A stretch of DNA of 63,412 bases, filler included, from Octopus bimaculoides (taxonomy: Eukaryota), in assembly GCF_001194135.2 (NCBI RefSeq). It is 3 parts of 3 records of this genome, joined end to end, with 100 filler letters (N's around TTAATTAATTAA, not from the genome) between each part and the next. Parts side by side here need not be neighbours in the genome. Positions count along the whole stretch, not along the records: positions 1 to 14,417 come from NC_069002.1; 2 more parts are not named here. One strand, written 5' to 3'. The notes beneath the pieces are model-generated. The model was not told where the DNA came from. It did no database searches and saw nothing but the letters and a program-made list of their open reading frames with translations. A program made the translations under genes and the position numbers. Below are positions 1-13,139 of the stretch, one piece after another. The stretch's first letter is position 1. Each line of letters begins with the position of its first letter.

Positions 1-40
1 GTTCAGTGCACTAAAAATTCTGTCAGCTTGCCACTTTAAT

Positions 41-170
41 AATAATAATAATAATAATAATCCTTTCTACTCAAGGCACAAGGCCTGAAATTTTGGGAGT
101 GAGGGCCAGTCAGTTAGATCGACCCAGTACGCAACTGGTGCTTAATTTATCGACCTTGGAAGGCGAGATG
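41..170 (-). mobile_element. tRNA-derived SINE family A, 3' part with (ATT)n tail
   Basis: AGGCACAAGGCCTGAAATTT...GATCGACCCAGTACGCAACTGGT...TTTATCGAC matches copies at 29120, 43178 and 53913; (AAT)n at the left end. Confidence 0.8.
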
Positions 171-364
171 GCTGAGTTTCTTTTGAGTGTTGGGCCTCAT
201 GGAGGTAAAGTGGCTAAGTACCTTTCGAATGTTGGGCCTCACGGAGGCAATGACCAAGACCTCTGGCATTATGTCGTGCTTGAGAAGAAGACCCATCAAG
301 CCGAGCAAAATCCCAGTCATGGCAGATACCGGTGTCATGTAAATGGCACCCATGTTGGTGGCAC

Positions 365-545
365 ATAAAATCACCTATTACACTCTCAGAGTGGTTGGCG
401 TTAGGAAGAGCAGCCAGCCGTGGAAAACCATGCCAAATCAGACTGGATCATGGTGCAGCCTTCCTGCATGCCAGCCCGGTCAAACCATCCAACCGATTCC
501 AGCATGAACAACAGATGCTAAATGATGATGATGATGATGATGTCG
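365..545 (-). mobile_element. Interspersed repeat ending in (GAT)n, RTE-LINE-like 3' tail family
   Basis: Reverse-complement similarity to 2925-3140 and 13140-13330; ends ...TAAATGATGATGAT. Confidence 0.65.
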
Positions 546-1164
546 ATGGTGTCATAATGAGGATCTAATTAAATACTTTGCAATTAAAAAAAGTAGGAGA
601 AAACAGTTCAAATATTAATAAAGCAGAATTATACAAAAATAAACATTACTTTCCATCTTACTGCTAGTTTTGTTTCATTTTGAAAAATAAAAATTTAATC
701 TATGGGTTATTCCAATTTATATTTTGAATCCCTTACATATGGGGGGTACCACAATCTTTTAAGTGCTTAAGGCCTCAATGGGGCTCAACCTGGCCCTGCC
801 AATGACTTATGATCTATGGCAGACTTCACGGTCTATCTGCAGACAAGATGTTGTTCTGTTACACGTAATTCATTCTATCTTTACAACCACCATGTTCTAC
901 AGCAGACTTTTCCTCCTTTCTTCAGACATTATGGTGGTTCCATTATACATTCTTCATTCTATCTTCCGACAACACATTTAACTCACTCGAATGTGCGATG
1001 CCTATTTTAAAAATCAATATTGGCATCACCATTATTATTGTTATGGACCAATGGAGCAATGTAAAATTTTAGTATATTCTTAGTAAATTGAATCTCTAAG
1101 CATAACTTTCAAGTCCTTATTGAACTACAAAGCAACTTCTATACAGCTACTCAACATGCTAGAA

Positions 1165-1445
1165 ACAGCAACCAATTCTCTTCCAATCACCCTCTGCTCC
1201 AGCTATCTGAAAGGAAGGCTATAATGTATTCTCTGAAATTCAAAAAAGCCAGGGTGATCATGGTTGGAATGGCTTTCATTTGAAGTTGCTCCGTCTGATC
1301 TGAACTGGCACTCAATATGCCAGAATTAGCTACCAATTCTTCCTAAAATCACCCTTGCCCCTGCTATCTGAAAAGAAAGGTACAGTATCGTCTCTATAAT
1401 GCAAAAAGTCAAGATGGTCATGGCTGGAATGGCTTCCAATGTAAG
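1165..1445 (+). repeat. Two diverged tandem ~165-bp units (SINE-core-like)
   Basis: ACCAATTCT...ATCACCCT...GCTATCTGAAA...AAAAAG...TCATGG(T/C)TGGAATGGCTT occurs twice; a related piece lies near 18480-18590. Confidence 0.6.
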
Positions 1446-2533
1446 TTGCAACTTCTGAATGAAGTGGTACTAAACGACAATAATACTGCACCAATATTCT
1501 TGGAAAGGCATGCTTGCCACAACTGGCAAGTTCTCCTTCCTTTTCATATCAAAAGTGTGATCCAAACACAGGAAACTATTCTCACATACTTTCATGGTAG
1601 ACATAGCCTCCTAAAGTTGAATTTCAATCCTTTGACTCTTGTACAATTTTCTCTGCTGAAGTCAAAAGATGAGGTGGCCATCATGGGAATGTCTGCTTGA
1701 TCATGGCAGGTTTGGGGAAAATCACTACTACTACTACTACTACTACTACTGCTGCTGGCCTAAAAGAAGTTTCTACACAGTTGCTTGACCTGCTAGAAAT
1801 AGCAAACTGCAAGTGGATAAGAATCTGAAGCAGTGCAGCATCCTGCTGACAAAAATATTGATTCTGTCATTATTTTTATGTCCATTTTTTCCATGCTGGC
1901 ATGAGTTAGATGAGATTGCTTTTGAGGCAGTATTTTACAGCAGGATGCACTTCCTGATACCAAAACTTTACAAATGAATAGGTACACGACTTACATTATA
2001 GTTTTAGCCTTAAGCAGTTTTTTCATGTGGTGAGCATTTTCAAATATCAATACAGGTGAACGGATTTCTTCACCTTGAGGTAGAGGCTTTCATACCGGTT
2101 CTGTGGACTTTCTAGAGAGTAGCTGACGTGTGAATGAGTGCAGAAACAAATGTTGCGATCTACTATTTAAGCCTGCCATCGTCCATTTTTGTGTTATCTT
2201 ATTCTTACAAACACACACACATAATGAGGGCATAAAAGCTGGACAGGCAGTTCTTTATAACATTTTACAAGTTACATAAACACACACACACACACATACA
2301 TACACACACACAAACAAACACATACATACATAATTAATCAGAAAGCAGAAAGATAGTCAATGGTAGTTCTTCACAAAAAGATAGATATTCAGACCTAAAT
2401 GTAAGTAAAAATACAATTGAGAATAAAGAGGGGGAAAAAAAAAAAAAAACTCAATTTTATTTTTGCTTATGTAACTTCTGAATATCTGTCTTTCTGTGAA
2501 GGACTAACAATGAACTATCTTTCTGCTTTATGA

Positions 2534-2547
<14 letters not shown>

Positions 2548-2597
<50 letters not shown>

Positions 2598-2601
2598 ATA
2601 T
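2548..2601. repeat. (TA)n microsatellite
   Basis: Direct reading. Confidence 0.95.
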
Positions 2602-2921
2602 ACACATACATACGTACATATGTATATACATATATCTTTACTTATATGTTTGTATATATATCTTTACATATTTTTCTATATATGTGCGTGTGTGGGTGTA
2701 ACTTACTTGCAAATGGCCTGGGGCCATAAATAACTGCCAGTCTAACTTTTATTTTATCTATATTTTCCTTAGTTCGACTGGTGTATTTCCTACAAACAGC
2801 TCCTGTTTAGTTGGTTTATGTCTCCCACGGACAGAACGCTGGAGTTTAGGAATTTCATCTGGTCTGAGCACTAATCCGGTCCATATCTATTCTAAGCCAT
2901 TTGATGCAGTCTTACCCACTG

Positions 2922-2924
<3 letters not shown>

Positions 2925-2953
<29 letters not shown>

Positions 2954-3140
2954 TAACGTCCATTCTTCAAAATAGCAAGGGTTGGATGGTTTGACTGAAG
3001 CTGGCCAACTACAGAGCTGTCTAGGTTCCATTTGTTCGTTTTTAGCATGGCTTTCGTAGCTGGATGCCTTTCCTAATGTCAACCACTTTACAGAGTGTAC
3101 TGGCTGCTCTTACATAGCACCAGGATGGGTGCTTTTCCAT
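2925..3140 (+). mobile_element. RTE-tail-like interspersed repeat (same family as 365-545, opposite orientation)
   Basis: (CAT)n-CTAACGTCC...GGGTTGGA...GCTGGATGCCTTTCCTAATGTCAACCAC. Confidence 0.65.
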
Positions 3141-4782
3141 GGCACCAGCACAAGTGTTTTGTGTATGTATATGTTCATTTCTAATGGTGGTGGTGGTGGT
3201 GGTTGGGGAGAGGGGGAGAAGGAGAGATGTTTCTGTGTATGAGAGTATCTGTTTTCGTGTTTGCATATTCTTACTAAATACGTGCAAATTTCTTTGTGGT
3301 GGTGGTGGGGGTGGGTGGGTGGAATTATGTAAAAAGGGAAGTAAGTCAATAGGTGAACCTGAGTCAATAAATTAAATTTCAAACAAAATTCTCAGCAGGT
3401 GTTCAAATAAATAACTGATTAAAAAATATTGGAAAATCAGTGTTCCACCATGGTCCCACTCAAAGATTGAAACCAGACCTGTAAAGGAATTAAATGACTG
3501 TGTAGTGTACTCAATAAATAAGTGGTATTTCATTTCACAAGATCTGTTGTCAATAAGGAATATTGTCTCTAAAACTACCTTAACAGTGATGCTCTAGCAT
3601 GGCCACAGTCCAATGACTGAAACCAGTAAAAGAATTACTGCTACTTCGTTTATCTTTTCTAGCTGGCAACAAGCAACTCCAACTCTGAAAATAACTAATT
3701 TCTACTGATTCACCATGCCAAATACAAAATGAAGCAGATCATTTTTTTGCATGTCTGAGCAAGGCATTATTAAATAAAACAAGAGCAATTGAAAAGAAAA
3801 AAAAGTATTAGAATTTAACAAAAAATTACTAAATTTCAAGAGAAGGCAAAGAGAAAACTGCATAAAATATTTCAATATATATATATACAGGCAAATATGC
3901 ACATGTATACACGTAAATACGCAGACACACACACACTAATATAAAGATCTATATATGCGTATATATGAGTGTGTGTGTATCTATCTATCTATCTATATAT
4001 ATATATATATATACACATACATACATACATGTGTAAGTATATCTACATACATACACACATACATATAGACATCACACACAGGGCATCACAAAAATTTGAA
4101 CCTCATAGAAGAAACACAAGATGTTGTTTCAAGATGTTATTCCACCACATCTTCATACTAGTGCGAGTACTTTCTTTAAATAAAACCTACTGGACGCTAG
4201 TGACTGTAAAGTCATGGGATCAATTCCCAGGCTGACTAGTGCAGCATGTCATGTCTTTGGTACAAGGTACTCCATCTTACATTGCTCCATATCATTTAGC
4301 CGAAAATGTGTACTGGCCACATGAGTGATCATAAGGCTGAGGGGTTTGATCCTGCAATAGGCTAGTCATCTGTCCAGGGGCTGGTTTATAATATAAGTCA
4401 GAAGTTTCCTCCCATCACAGCCTTTTCTGCAGCACAGACCAATTATATATATATATAAAATTTATTAATAAGGGTAGAAATTGATATTAATCAATTAAAA
4501 CCAGTGGTCTAGCATATTAAAAAAATCCGAAGATTAAAATTATATTACATACAAAAATAAGAGGAATGACCAGCAAAAGTGGACTCCTATCTGCTAGAAA
4601 TAGATGCCGAATCATCTAACCACAAAAAATATGTTCTCAGTAAAAATTTAGCGACACAACAGACTGTAAAAGGGCAAGACAAATGAAAAAATACTAAATA
4701 AAAAAACGATTCGAGGTTAGATGATTCGGCATCTATTTCTAGCATATAGGAGTCCACTTTTGCTGGTCATTCCTCTTATTTT

Positions 4783-4837
<55 letters not shown>

Positions 4838-5563
4838 ATATACACATACATATGCACACTACATTTACATACATGAAACAAATATATATATATATATCTA
4901 TGGCAAACAAACAGATAAATAAATTTAAAAAAACTAAATGAATAAATAAAGCATATAAATTGATACAGCATTACCAAAGAACATCAGCAACTAAACAGAA
5001 TTTCAAATGCAAAATGTTTTAATAGTTTAAAAAGGTAGAAGAATTAAGCATCTAGCATTCTCTATAGTTAGAGTCAAATACACATTAACGAACCTGTTAT
5101 AATCATCAGCTTCGTCATTGGAACAACTGGAAAGTAAGAAATTAGACAAATTGTTGAAATGAATCAACATGCAAAGAAATTATTTTGTCTTTTTTTTTTC
5201 TGTAGTGGTTGGTCTTCCCTGTAAGAAACACTTGGAAATTGGTAAATGAAACGGAAAGGGCCATGTATTCATTTTGGTGTGGTTCTCTGTATTATGTGTA
5301 TGTGAGAGGGGTGAGACAGAGGTGGAGGGGCATAGAGACAGAAGCAAACATTGAGCGTTAATTAAAATCTAAATGTTTGAAAGTTATAGCTAAGAACAGC
5401 GAAACCCTGAAGTGTGTACATACACAGGTGTGTGTGTATGTATCTGTGTGAGAGTGTGTTTGTGTGTGTGTTTGAGAGAGAAAGAGAGAAGACTGTGTTT
5501 GTGTATGATAGAGAGATAGACTATATGCAAGTGTGCTGAGAGAGAGAGAGAAAGAGACTCTGG

Positions 5564-5601
<38 letters not shown>

Positions 5602-5883
5602 TAAGAGAAAAAGAAAGACAGAGCTAAAAGAGTGGGTAAGGGAAAAAGAGAATCTGAACTCAAATGCTTGAAATTAAAAATCAAACAACAGCAAATGACT
5701 GAAATTATTTTTAATAAAAATAGCAAGACCTAACCTTTTCAAAATTCCACTTACATCTATGCTGTGCTTGGAATATACATTGCCCCCCTTCCCCCAGCAT
5801 ATGACTGGTACCTTAGTTTACCAACCACAGAGGGATGAAAAGCAAAGTTGACCTCAACAGAAGTTGAACAAAAAGATGTACAA

Positions 5884-5885
<2 letters not shown>

Positions 5886-5966
<81 letters not shown>
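5886..5966. repeat. (GT)n microsatellite
   Basis: Direct reading. Confidence 0.95.
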
Positions 5967-5967
<1 letters not shown>

Positions 5968-6420
5968 TTATTCTGTTTATTTCAAGATTTCTTGCCAATA
6001 GAGAAAGAGCTGGTTTTAACATTAACAACAGGGTATTTTTTTTGTATGTATGTATGTATATGTGTAGATTTGTATGTTTTGCTTTATGTATGTATTCTCA
6101 TGCATATAGCTGCATATCAAGACATGCTTATATATATTTAAATTATAAACTTCTGGAAAGTTTTACAGATATGTGACAGTTGGCGGGACAGTTTGATGCA
6201 CAAGCAGTCAGCTGCAACACATTCCCATCTGTGTAGACTGGGGTAATGGGAAATGACGTGCCTTGCTAAAAAAAACAACAATGCCATACTTGATCCAAGG
6301 ATTGAACTTATGGCATTATGATCATGACCCAAACACATTAATCACAATGTTACAGACTTTCACCACATACATAATATGGATACACATATATGTATCTATG
6401 AATATATGTATATATATATA

Positions 6421-7195
6421 GGAAAATGAAGAATAAGGCAGAATGCTAAACTGGAAGCATATTTTAATAAAGATTTCTAACCAGCTTTCATTGCGAAGCA
6501 AAATTTCCAAGAAGGAGAATGAAAATGTTTTTTACAAAAAAGTACAAAATGAAGAAAATATATAAAAAAAATAATATATAAAAAAGTAAATATACCAATA
6601 CATTATATTGTCTTTAAGCTTTTAAAGTTCAATGGTAATTCATGTAGATAATGGTTGGAAAAATAAGGATGCATGAGAATTGAGTTGTGTTAGGTTTAAA
6701 AAAAGGAGCTAAAAGTTTGTGTTAAGCAGGAAGTGTGGTGTCAAAACAGGAAGTGTATGTAAGGAGACACATCAAAAAAGATTTGTCTCCCCTTACACAC
6801 ACTTCCTGTTTTGACACCACACATCTAGATTTGTCTCTCCTTACAGACACTTCCTGTTTTGACACCACACTTCCTGCTTAACACAAACTTTTAGCTCCTT
6901 TTTTTAAACCTAACACAACTCAATTCTCATGCATCCTTATTTTTCCAACCATTATCTACATGGATTACCATTGAACTTTAAAAGCTCAAAGACAATATAA
7001 TGTATTGGTATATTTATTTTTTTATATATTATTTTTTTTATATATTATTTTCTTCATTTTGTACTTCTTTGTAAAAAAACATTTTCATTCTCCCTCTTCT
7101 TGAAAATTTGGTATGCAAAGAAAGCCGGTTAGGAAATCTTTATTAAAATATGCTTCCAGTTTAGCATTCTGCCTTATTATTATTTTTCATTTTCC
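6421..7195. mobile_element. ~775-bp foldback/MITE-like palindrome flanked by TA
   Basis: Left arm from GGAAAATGAAGAATAAGGCAGAATGC is the near-perfect reverse complement of the right arm ending GCATTCTGCCTTATT...CATTTTCC; arms ~350 bp; TA on both sides; a ~45-bp internal duplication at the centre. Confidence 0.8.
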
Positions 7196-7248
7196 TATTA
7201 TTTCTCCACATGCGGTTAACACAACCCCACTATTTACTGACTTATATA

Positions 7249-7249
<1 letters not shown>

Positions 7250-7322
<73 letters not shown>

Positions 7323-7659
7323 AATATTTATACATGGATACAGACACACAGATACAAAGGCATGAAATTGTATCGATCTTTTGGACATTGACTGATGAGG
7401 GATTAACTATGAATTTTCTTTTTATGTTTTTGAAAAAATTTTTTTGTTGTGTTTTTGTTAAATTTTTTAAATACACACGCACACATCAATATACGCATAT
7501 ATATCTTAGTCTATTACTGCATTGACCATACTATTAGACGTTATTATACACTGCTGATCACAATGCCCTTCCTTGCATTGCTGTAGCTTTCAAATGATAC
7601 TACCCATATGTACACATACACACAAAATATATATGTGTGTATGTGTCTGTGTGTGTGTG

Positions 7660-7757
<98 letters not shown>
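7250..7757. repeat. (TA)n at ~7250-7318 and (CA)n at ~7670-7757
   Basis: Direct reading. Confidence 0.9.
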
Positions 7758-7758
<1 letters not shown>

Positions 7759-8319
7759 TATATATGATATAAACATGCAGATATAAGGAAAATGTGTAAA
7801 AATTGATTAAAGAAACTTCATGCAATATAAGAAAATTCGCATTCTTTGCACATGCTTTTGTTTTCATTAGACTTTAAATAAAGAACAGAAAAAACATTGA
7901 TGCAGAGACAGAATATGAAATCCATATATATGTATGTGTATATATGATGTATATGAAAATTTGTTGGCTAGTGAGGATTGGAGAAATCAATATGTAGAGA
8001 ACTGGCAAATGATCACGGCTGTGACCAAACAAATGAAGCTGATGCTGTCAGTTTTGTTTTGCATGCTTGCAATGAATTCACGACGGAATTTACAGATGAC
8101 GGAACATGATTTCGAAGAAGCGGCATTGATTTCTTCATCTCTATCACAAGATATAGCAATGAAAATTGCTGATAAGTGCTTAATATGACGAATAAAAACA
8201 AAAATATAGAAAATAAGGAAGGAAGTATATGCTAACCAAATATTACACAATTATGGGGAAGCAGAGGATGTGAAGACGTTGGTTGACAGTAAACAAACCA
8301 AAACGGTTTCAAATAGAAG

Positions 8320-8500
8320 TCATGGCTGTGTAGTTAAGACGTTTGGTGGGTTCAAGACCTTATGGTTCTAGGTTCAAGCCCAATGCCCAGCAGCTTGAGT
8401 AAATGGGTTCTGCTATAGCCTTGGGTTGATCAAATGTCTTGTGAGTAGAAAGTTTTGGTAAGCTGAATCTGTACGGAATCTTATCAAAGATGTGTATATG
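8320..8500 (+). mobile_element. tRNA-derived SINE family B, 5' part
   Basis: TGGCTGTGTAGTTAAG...GGTTCAAGCCC...CTATAGCCTTGGG..., similar to the full-length copy at 44299. Confidence 0.7.
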
Positions 8501-8539
8501 AATACATGCAAACACACACACATACATACATACATACAA

Positions 8540-8577
<38 letters not shown>

Positions 8578-8589
8578 TCATCATCATTT

Positions 8590-8790
8590 ATATACAGCAG
8601 GTTTCTTTCAGTTTCCATCTACCATGTGGCAGGCTTCTTTCAGTTTCCATCTCCCAAATCCACTCACAAGGCTTTGGTTGGCCTGGTACTAGAATTGAAG
8701 ACACTTGGCCAAGGTGCCACGTAGTGGGTCTGAAACCCAGAACTATGTGGTTGGGAAGCAAGCTTAAACTTCTTAACCACACAGCCATGC
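8590..8790 (-). mobile_element. SINE family B, 5' part, antisense
   Basis: Reverse complement of GGCATGGCTGTGTGGTTAAGAAG...CCCACTACGTGGCACCTTGGCCAAGTGTC...GAAACTGAAAGAAG. Confidence 0.75.
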
Positions 8791-8827
8791 CTGTGCCTAT
8801 TAAAGATTCAGAATTTCATTGAGTCGA

Positions 8828-8899
8828 AGGGGACACCTGGGATAGAACCGGGGACATCATGATCTGCAGTAGAATGCTCTACCGCTCAGCTATACCTCA
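8828..8899 (-). pseudogene. tRNA-Cys(GCA) pseudogene
   Basis: 72 nt TGAGGTATAGCTGAGCGGTAGAGCATTCTACTGCAGATCATGATGTCCCCGGTTCTATCCCAGGTGTCCCCT aligns ungapped to the metazoan tRNA-Cys consensus; acceptor stem and T-loop are damaged. Confidence 0.75.
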
Positions 8900-10666
8900 C
8901 ATACTATGATGGGTTTCTCATTGTTATTGTCTGCCTAATTCAGCCGTCATCAAGCTTGACTTAACAGTTACATAATAACAAGAACCATAACTTTCTTCTC
9001 AACTATCAACAGCCAAACCAGAGAATGAGTAATGATAACAACAACACCAATAAAAACAACAACAACGACAATGACTTAGTAGCAAAATTTCTGCAACACT
9101 GAAATACTAAATAGAAGTCACGGTACATTAGATAATCACTCAATAAAATTTTAAAGCTAGACTAGATAATCATCGTCAAGTTCAAGGTCAATTTGGTTTT
9201 CAGACTTCCAGGAACATACTAGAAGAGAATGATTAAAAGCCAAGCAAGCATTCATTTTCATTGCGCTTTCCTAAATTAAATTAAATTATCTTCAAATACT
9301 CTTAACATTCGGGAAATTCTTTCTTCTGTAATCTGGATAAAACTCAGTGTGAAGACTGCCGAAAACCAATTCTGCCCGAGACTAGTTACGAGATAACGAA
9401 TTTCAAATAAGGCAGATAACAGACTAATATTCTAATATTGCCGTCAATAAATCAAAACAATTGATAGTTTTACCAGAAGCATCTTCAGAGATTTATATAT
9501 GCATTCAGTTTGGCAGTGTGGTTAAGAATTCACAGCACAACTGTGTGCTTTCTGGTTCAGTTCCACTGCCCAACACCTTGGAAAAGTATCTTTTACTATA
9601 GCCTAGGGCTGACCAAAGCCTTCTAAGTGGACTAGGAAGACAGAAAATAAAAGAAACAGATCACACACACACACACACACACGCATATATATATATATAT
9701 GCGTGTGTGTGTGTGTGTGAGAAAAACTTAGTTCAAGTACTAAACCATAAAAACAACAACAAGTCTGCTTGATCAGATCTGAAACCAAAGAATTAACCGA
9801 TAAACAGACAAACAAACAAACAAACAACCAAACAACAACCAAACACTAAACTGTTTCTATGAATAAAAAGAAAAATCCAGAAAACACAACCATTTCAAAG
9901 CTGTCTGGGAATTTCTGCCGTCATCACTAAATCACAACACAAAAAATTGCCACCAAAACAACAGCTGAGAAGCTTTTTTTCAAATAGCAAAGAACAATAA
10001 CTATTTGAATTTCAATGTGTCCTGTCAACTGATTCTGTACAGTATTTATAATCTTGATCCTGAGGCTATTTGATCAGTTTATCTGTCTTAACCCCTTAAC
10101 ATTTCATATTTCTTTGTTGAATGTAATGTTTATTTATTCACATTGTTTTGAATTAATCTTGTGTTATTTCGTAGCATCGAAATTTCAAAGATCTGATTGC
10201 TTATTTCCAGAATGACATTGTAGGGTATGTATGAGAAGTTGAATCCGGCTGGTTCAGATATACAAGAGGATTATTTGGGCTGGGTATGGCTAGTTTACAT
10301 GCAAAAAGGTTAAAGCAAAAGCGAAACGAATCAAAGGCGTTAAGCAAGGTTTTTTACTTTTTTTTCTTTTTTTTCTTTTTCTCCCCCGCCCCCAACTTTC
10401 ATTCATTATGCAAAAGTCTCAATGAGCCTAAACTGCTCGACAGCTTAACTTTTGAACTTTTTAAAAATATTGTATAATATTCTTAATTAATCTTTATTAT
10501 TCCAGTTTTCGAAATGCTTTGCATATCTTTCAAAGAAGATAATTTATTCTTGGGTAGAATTTTTTTTTGTTTTTTAATAGAATTATTTATGGAAATGCAA
10601 TTTTCTGATATAATCTTCTATCCATAAAATATGTGAAAAACAAACAAACAAACAAACAAAATACTG

Positions 10667-10830
10667 GCACAGGCATAGCTATGTGGTAAGAAGCTTGCTC
10701 CCCAACCACAAGATTTCGGGTTCAGTCCCACTGCATGGCACCTTAGGCAAGTGTCTTCTTCTATAGCCTTGGGCCAACCAAAGCTTTGTGAGTGGATTTG
10801 ATAGACAGAAACTGAAAGAAGCCTATCATA
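10667..10830 (+). mobile_element. SINE family B, 5' part
   Basis: GGCATAGCTATGTGGTAAGAAGCTTGCT...GGGTTCAGTCCCACTG...GAAACTGAAAGAAGCC. Confidence 0.8.
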
Positions 10831-10834
10831 TATA

Positions 10835-10898
<64 letters not shown>

Positions 10899-11381
10899 CA
10901 GGATGCGATGGGTAAATTGTCGCCATTTTATATTTTTAATTTTGCACATGTGCATTGTTTGTTTTTGATTTTGTTGACTACACAGTATAGTAGGGTCAGT
11001 TGGGCACCACTTGTGAGAAAACCAGCACCCTGAAGCAATTCACTCTGCCAGAAATTTGGAAACAACATGCTGTACTGCTTCACATTCATGCCGGAAGCCC
11101 CAATACAAGCATTTCAGAGTGTTTGGGTGTCAATTTGAGAATAGTGCAATCTGAGGACATGCACCAAGAGTGATAAAAATTAAACATCCAGTCAACAGCA
11201 TGGTGTTTGGAGTGATCACTAGTGATGGTGACGTTATGCCTCCATTCATCTTCCCACATGGTCTCTGATTCAACACGGAGGCCTACATCAAATGTCTGGA
11301 GGACGTAGTGCTGCCCTGGGTCAAGAAGGTGGCTGTTAGAAGATCCTGTGTCTGGCAACAAGACTATGCATATTGGTTTCC
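10899..11381 (+). mobile_element. Internally deleted Tc1/mariner-superfamily transposon relic
   Basis: Frame reading IKHPVNSMVFGVITSDGDVMPPFIFPHGL*FNTEAYIKCLEDVVLPWVKKVAVRRSCVWQQD is typical of the DDD/E catalytic region; begins TA-CAGGATG (TIR-like). Confidence 0.8.
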
Positions 11382-11644
11382 TTCCATACCATCGACTATT
11401 TTTATACAAATTTTCAATATAATCTGTCTTCATCTCATCCATCCATCTTCTCCACCCTTTATTCCTGGGAGGGTCATGGGGGTAGAGTCCTTAGGCACCT
11501 CCTCCACAGGGTCCCATCAAAAGCAACCATACATTACACTTTCCTGCTGAATTCCTATGCATGACCAAACAAGACTATGAATAAATTCAAATTACGACAA
11601 ACGTAAATAAACAAACGAAGTTTGCTTTTAGAAGCATTGAGATG

Positions 11645-11845
11645 TCTTTTAGAAAGTTAAAGAAGTGATTTTAAATTCTCAATCACAGAATAATGCTAAT
11701 AATATAGCCTGAACAAGATAAACTACCCCTATTTTGCAGAGAAAAGTGTACTGCAAAATAGGGGTAGTTTATCCTGTTCAGGCTATATTATTAGCATTAT
11801 TCTGTGATTGAGAATTTAAAATCACTTCTTTAACTTTCTAAAAGA
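11645..11845. repeat. ~200-bp near-perfect palindrome (95-bp arms, 11-nt loop)
   Basis: TCTTTTAGAAAGTTAAAG...ATTTTGCAG / CTGCAAAATAG...CTTTAACTTTCTAAAAGA; one mismatch seen. Confidence 0.9.
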
Positions 11846-12130
11846 TATGAATATTATTCAACCAGCCTTTTCTTGGTCAAGCCTTAGGTCAAGGTTGAAT
11901 GGCTGTCTGCATGATATAGTATTATAATTTAGTGAAAAGAGAGATTTAACATTAAAGGAAATGGGGTGGACTGTTATCAATTAGTAATTAAAATTTTGAA
12001 ATTATTATTGTTTCTATCATTTCATAAATTTCAGCTTCTGGAACAAAGTTTGGATGAAACCAGTTTTCAAACGCCACGGCAAATGTCCATGATTTACATT
12101 TGTTCGCCAATGAACTGAGATAGAGTAATT

Positions 12131-12136
12131 TTTATT
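12131..12136 (-). terminator. Candidate AATAAA poly(A) signal of the cysteine-rich peptide gene
   Basis: AATAAA on the minus strand ~310 nt after the stop codon at 12444. Confidence 0.45.
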
Positions 12137-12443
12137 TAGTTCCCTCATTACACATGGATTAAGACCAAAGCCCCTATTAATTAATAATGGCTTCAGAAAA
12201 CAGTCACTTAATGCATTACATCATTATAACAAAGAGACTTGATCATCAGACGGTTTGAATCCATTAACCATTTTACACTGTTCTTGGTATAAATAAATAT
12301 TCTCTTTGGGATTTTCATCCAAAGCAGTCTGATTTGATTAGCATTAAGTATTTGGTTTAAAGAACAGGAACTCTAGTGATCAATTATTCCTAACTAGCTC
12401 TAGCACAAATTCTTCAGCAGTTGTCTTATTGTTTCATTACTTT

Positions 12444-12493
12444 TTACTGTAGAAAGCTTTGACTTTTAAAATTCTCAAGGCAACCCTGACAGC
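12444..12493 (-). CDS. Cysteine-rich peptide, last coding exon: (G)CQGCLENFKSQSFLQ*
   Basis: Acceptor TTGGATTTTCAG|GC; phase 1 matches the donor at 15437; continues the CxxC pattern; ends in TAA. Confidence 0.6.
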
Positions 12494-13139
12494 CTGAAAA
12501 TCCAAGTTGTAATTGATTAGATGTTAGATTTGGGATGGTGGTTTGATTAAAAATCCTTGCTGCTTTTTATTGTGTAGTAAAGCTGTCTACAAGCAATCCT
12601 TTTTAAAGTTTCGTCTTTCATTCAAAATAATAAAGCGCTTTTTTTTCTTCCTCTCCCCACTCCTCATTATTTACATAATGCTATTGCATATGTATGACGT
12701 ATGCTTTGAACTTATTGAAGATTCTGCCTTATAACTATATCTTTGGTTTTTTTTTGCTATATATCTTTTTATATACGGTTTCACTATATCTTTGTCTTTC
12801 ATTGTTAAAACGATTTCTTTGTTTGCATTGAACTGTTTCGAATTTCTATCGAACCCCCACCCCGCTCTTGAAACTTAACTTAACATTTTAATTTTGATTT
12901 TTAGAGATTTTGGTTTCCTTATCTGTTTTTTGTTTTTTTTTTGTAAATTTTTGGTTTTGACATGCGAAACTCTATTATTCAATCTCAGAATTATTTAACA
13001 AACATATAAAATACATAAACAAATAAATGGAACTTATGTGTTACTATAGAGTGTAGTGTGTCTCATTATTGTAGAAGAGAAATAAAGGAAAATAAATCAC
13101 CGAAATGGAAATGACAGAACAACAAATTGGTATCTCTGG

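Noticed and set aside
1793-1987. IFLSAGCCTASDSYP resembling the peptide's ILAVGCCRQYTYP
   Set aside because: Short, no downstream Cys framework, early stop and weak splice sites; cannot be distinguished from chance
7934-8250. Overlapping 60-87 aa ORFs in unique-looking sequence
   Set aside because: No motif recognised in any frame and no clear splice boundaries
8828-8899. Functional tRNA-Cys gene
   Set aside because: Acceptor-stem mismatches and altered T-loop; recorded as a pseudogene
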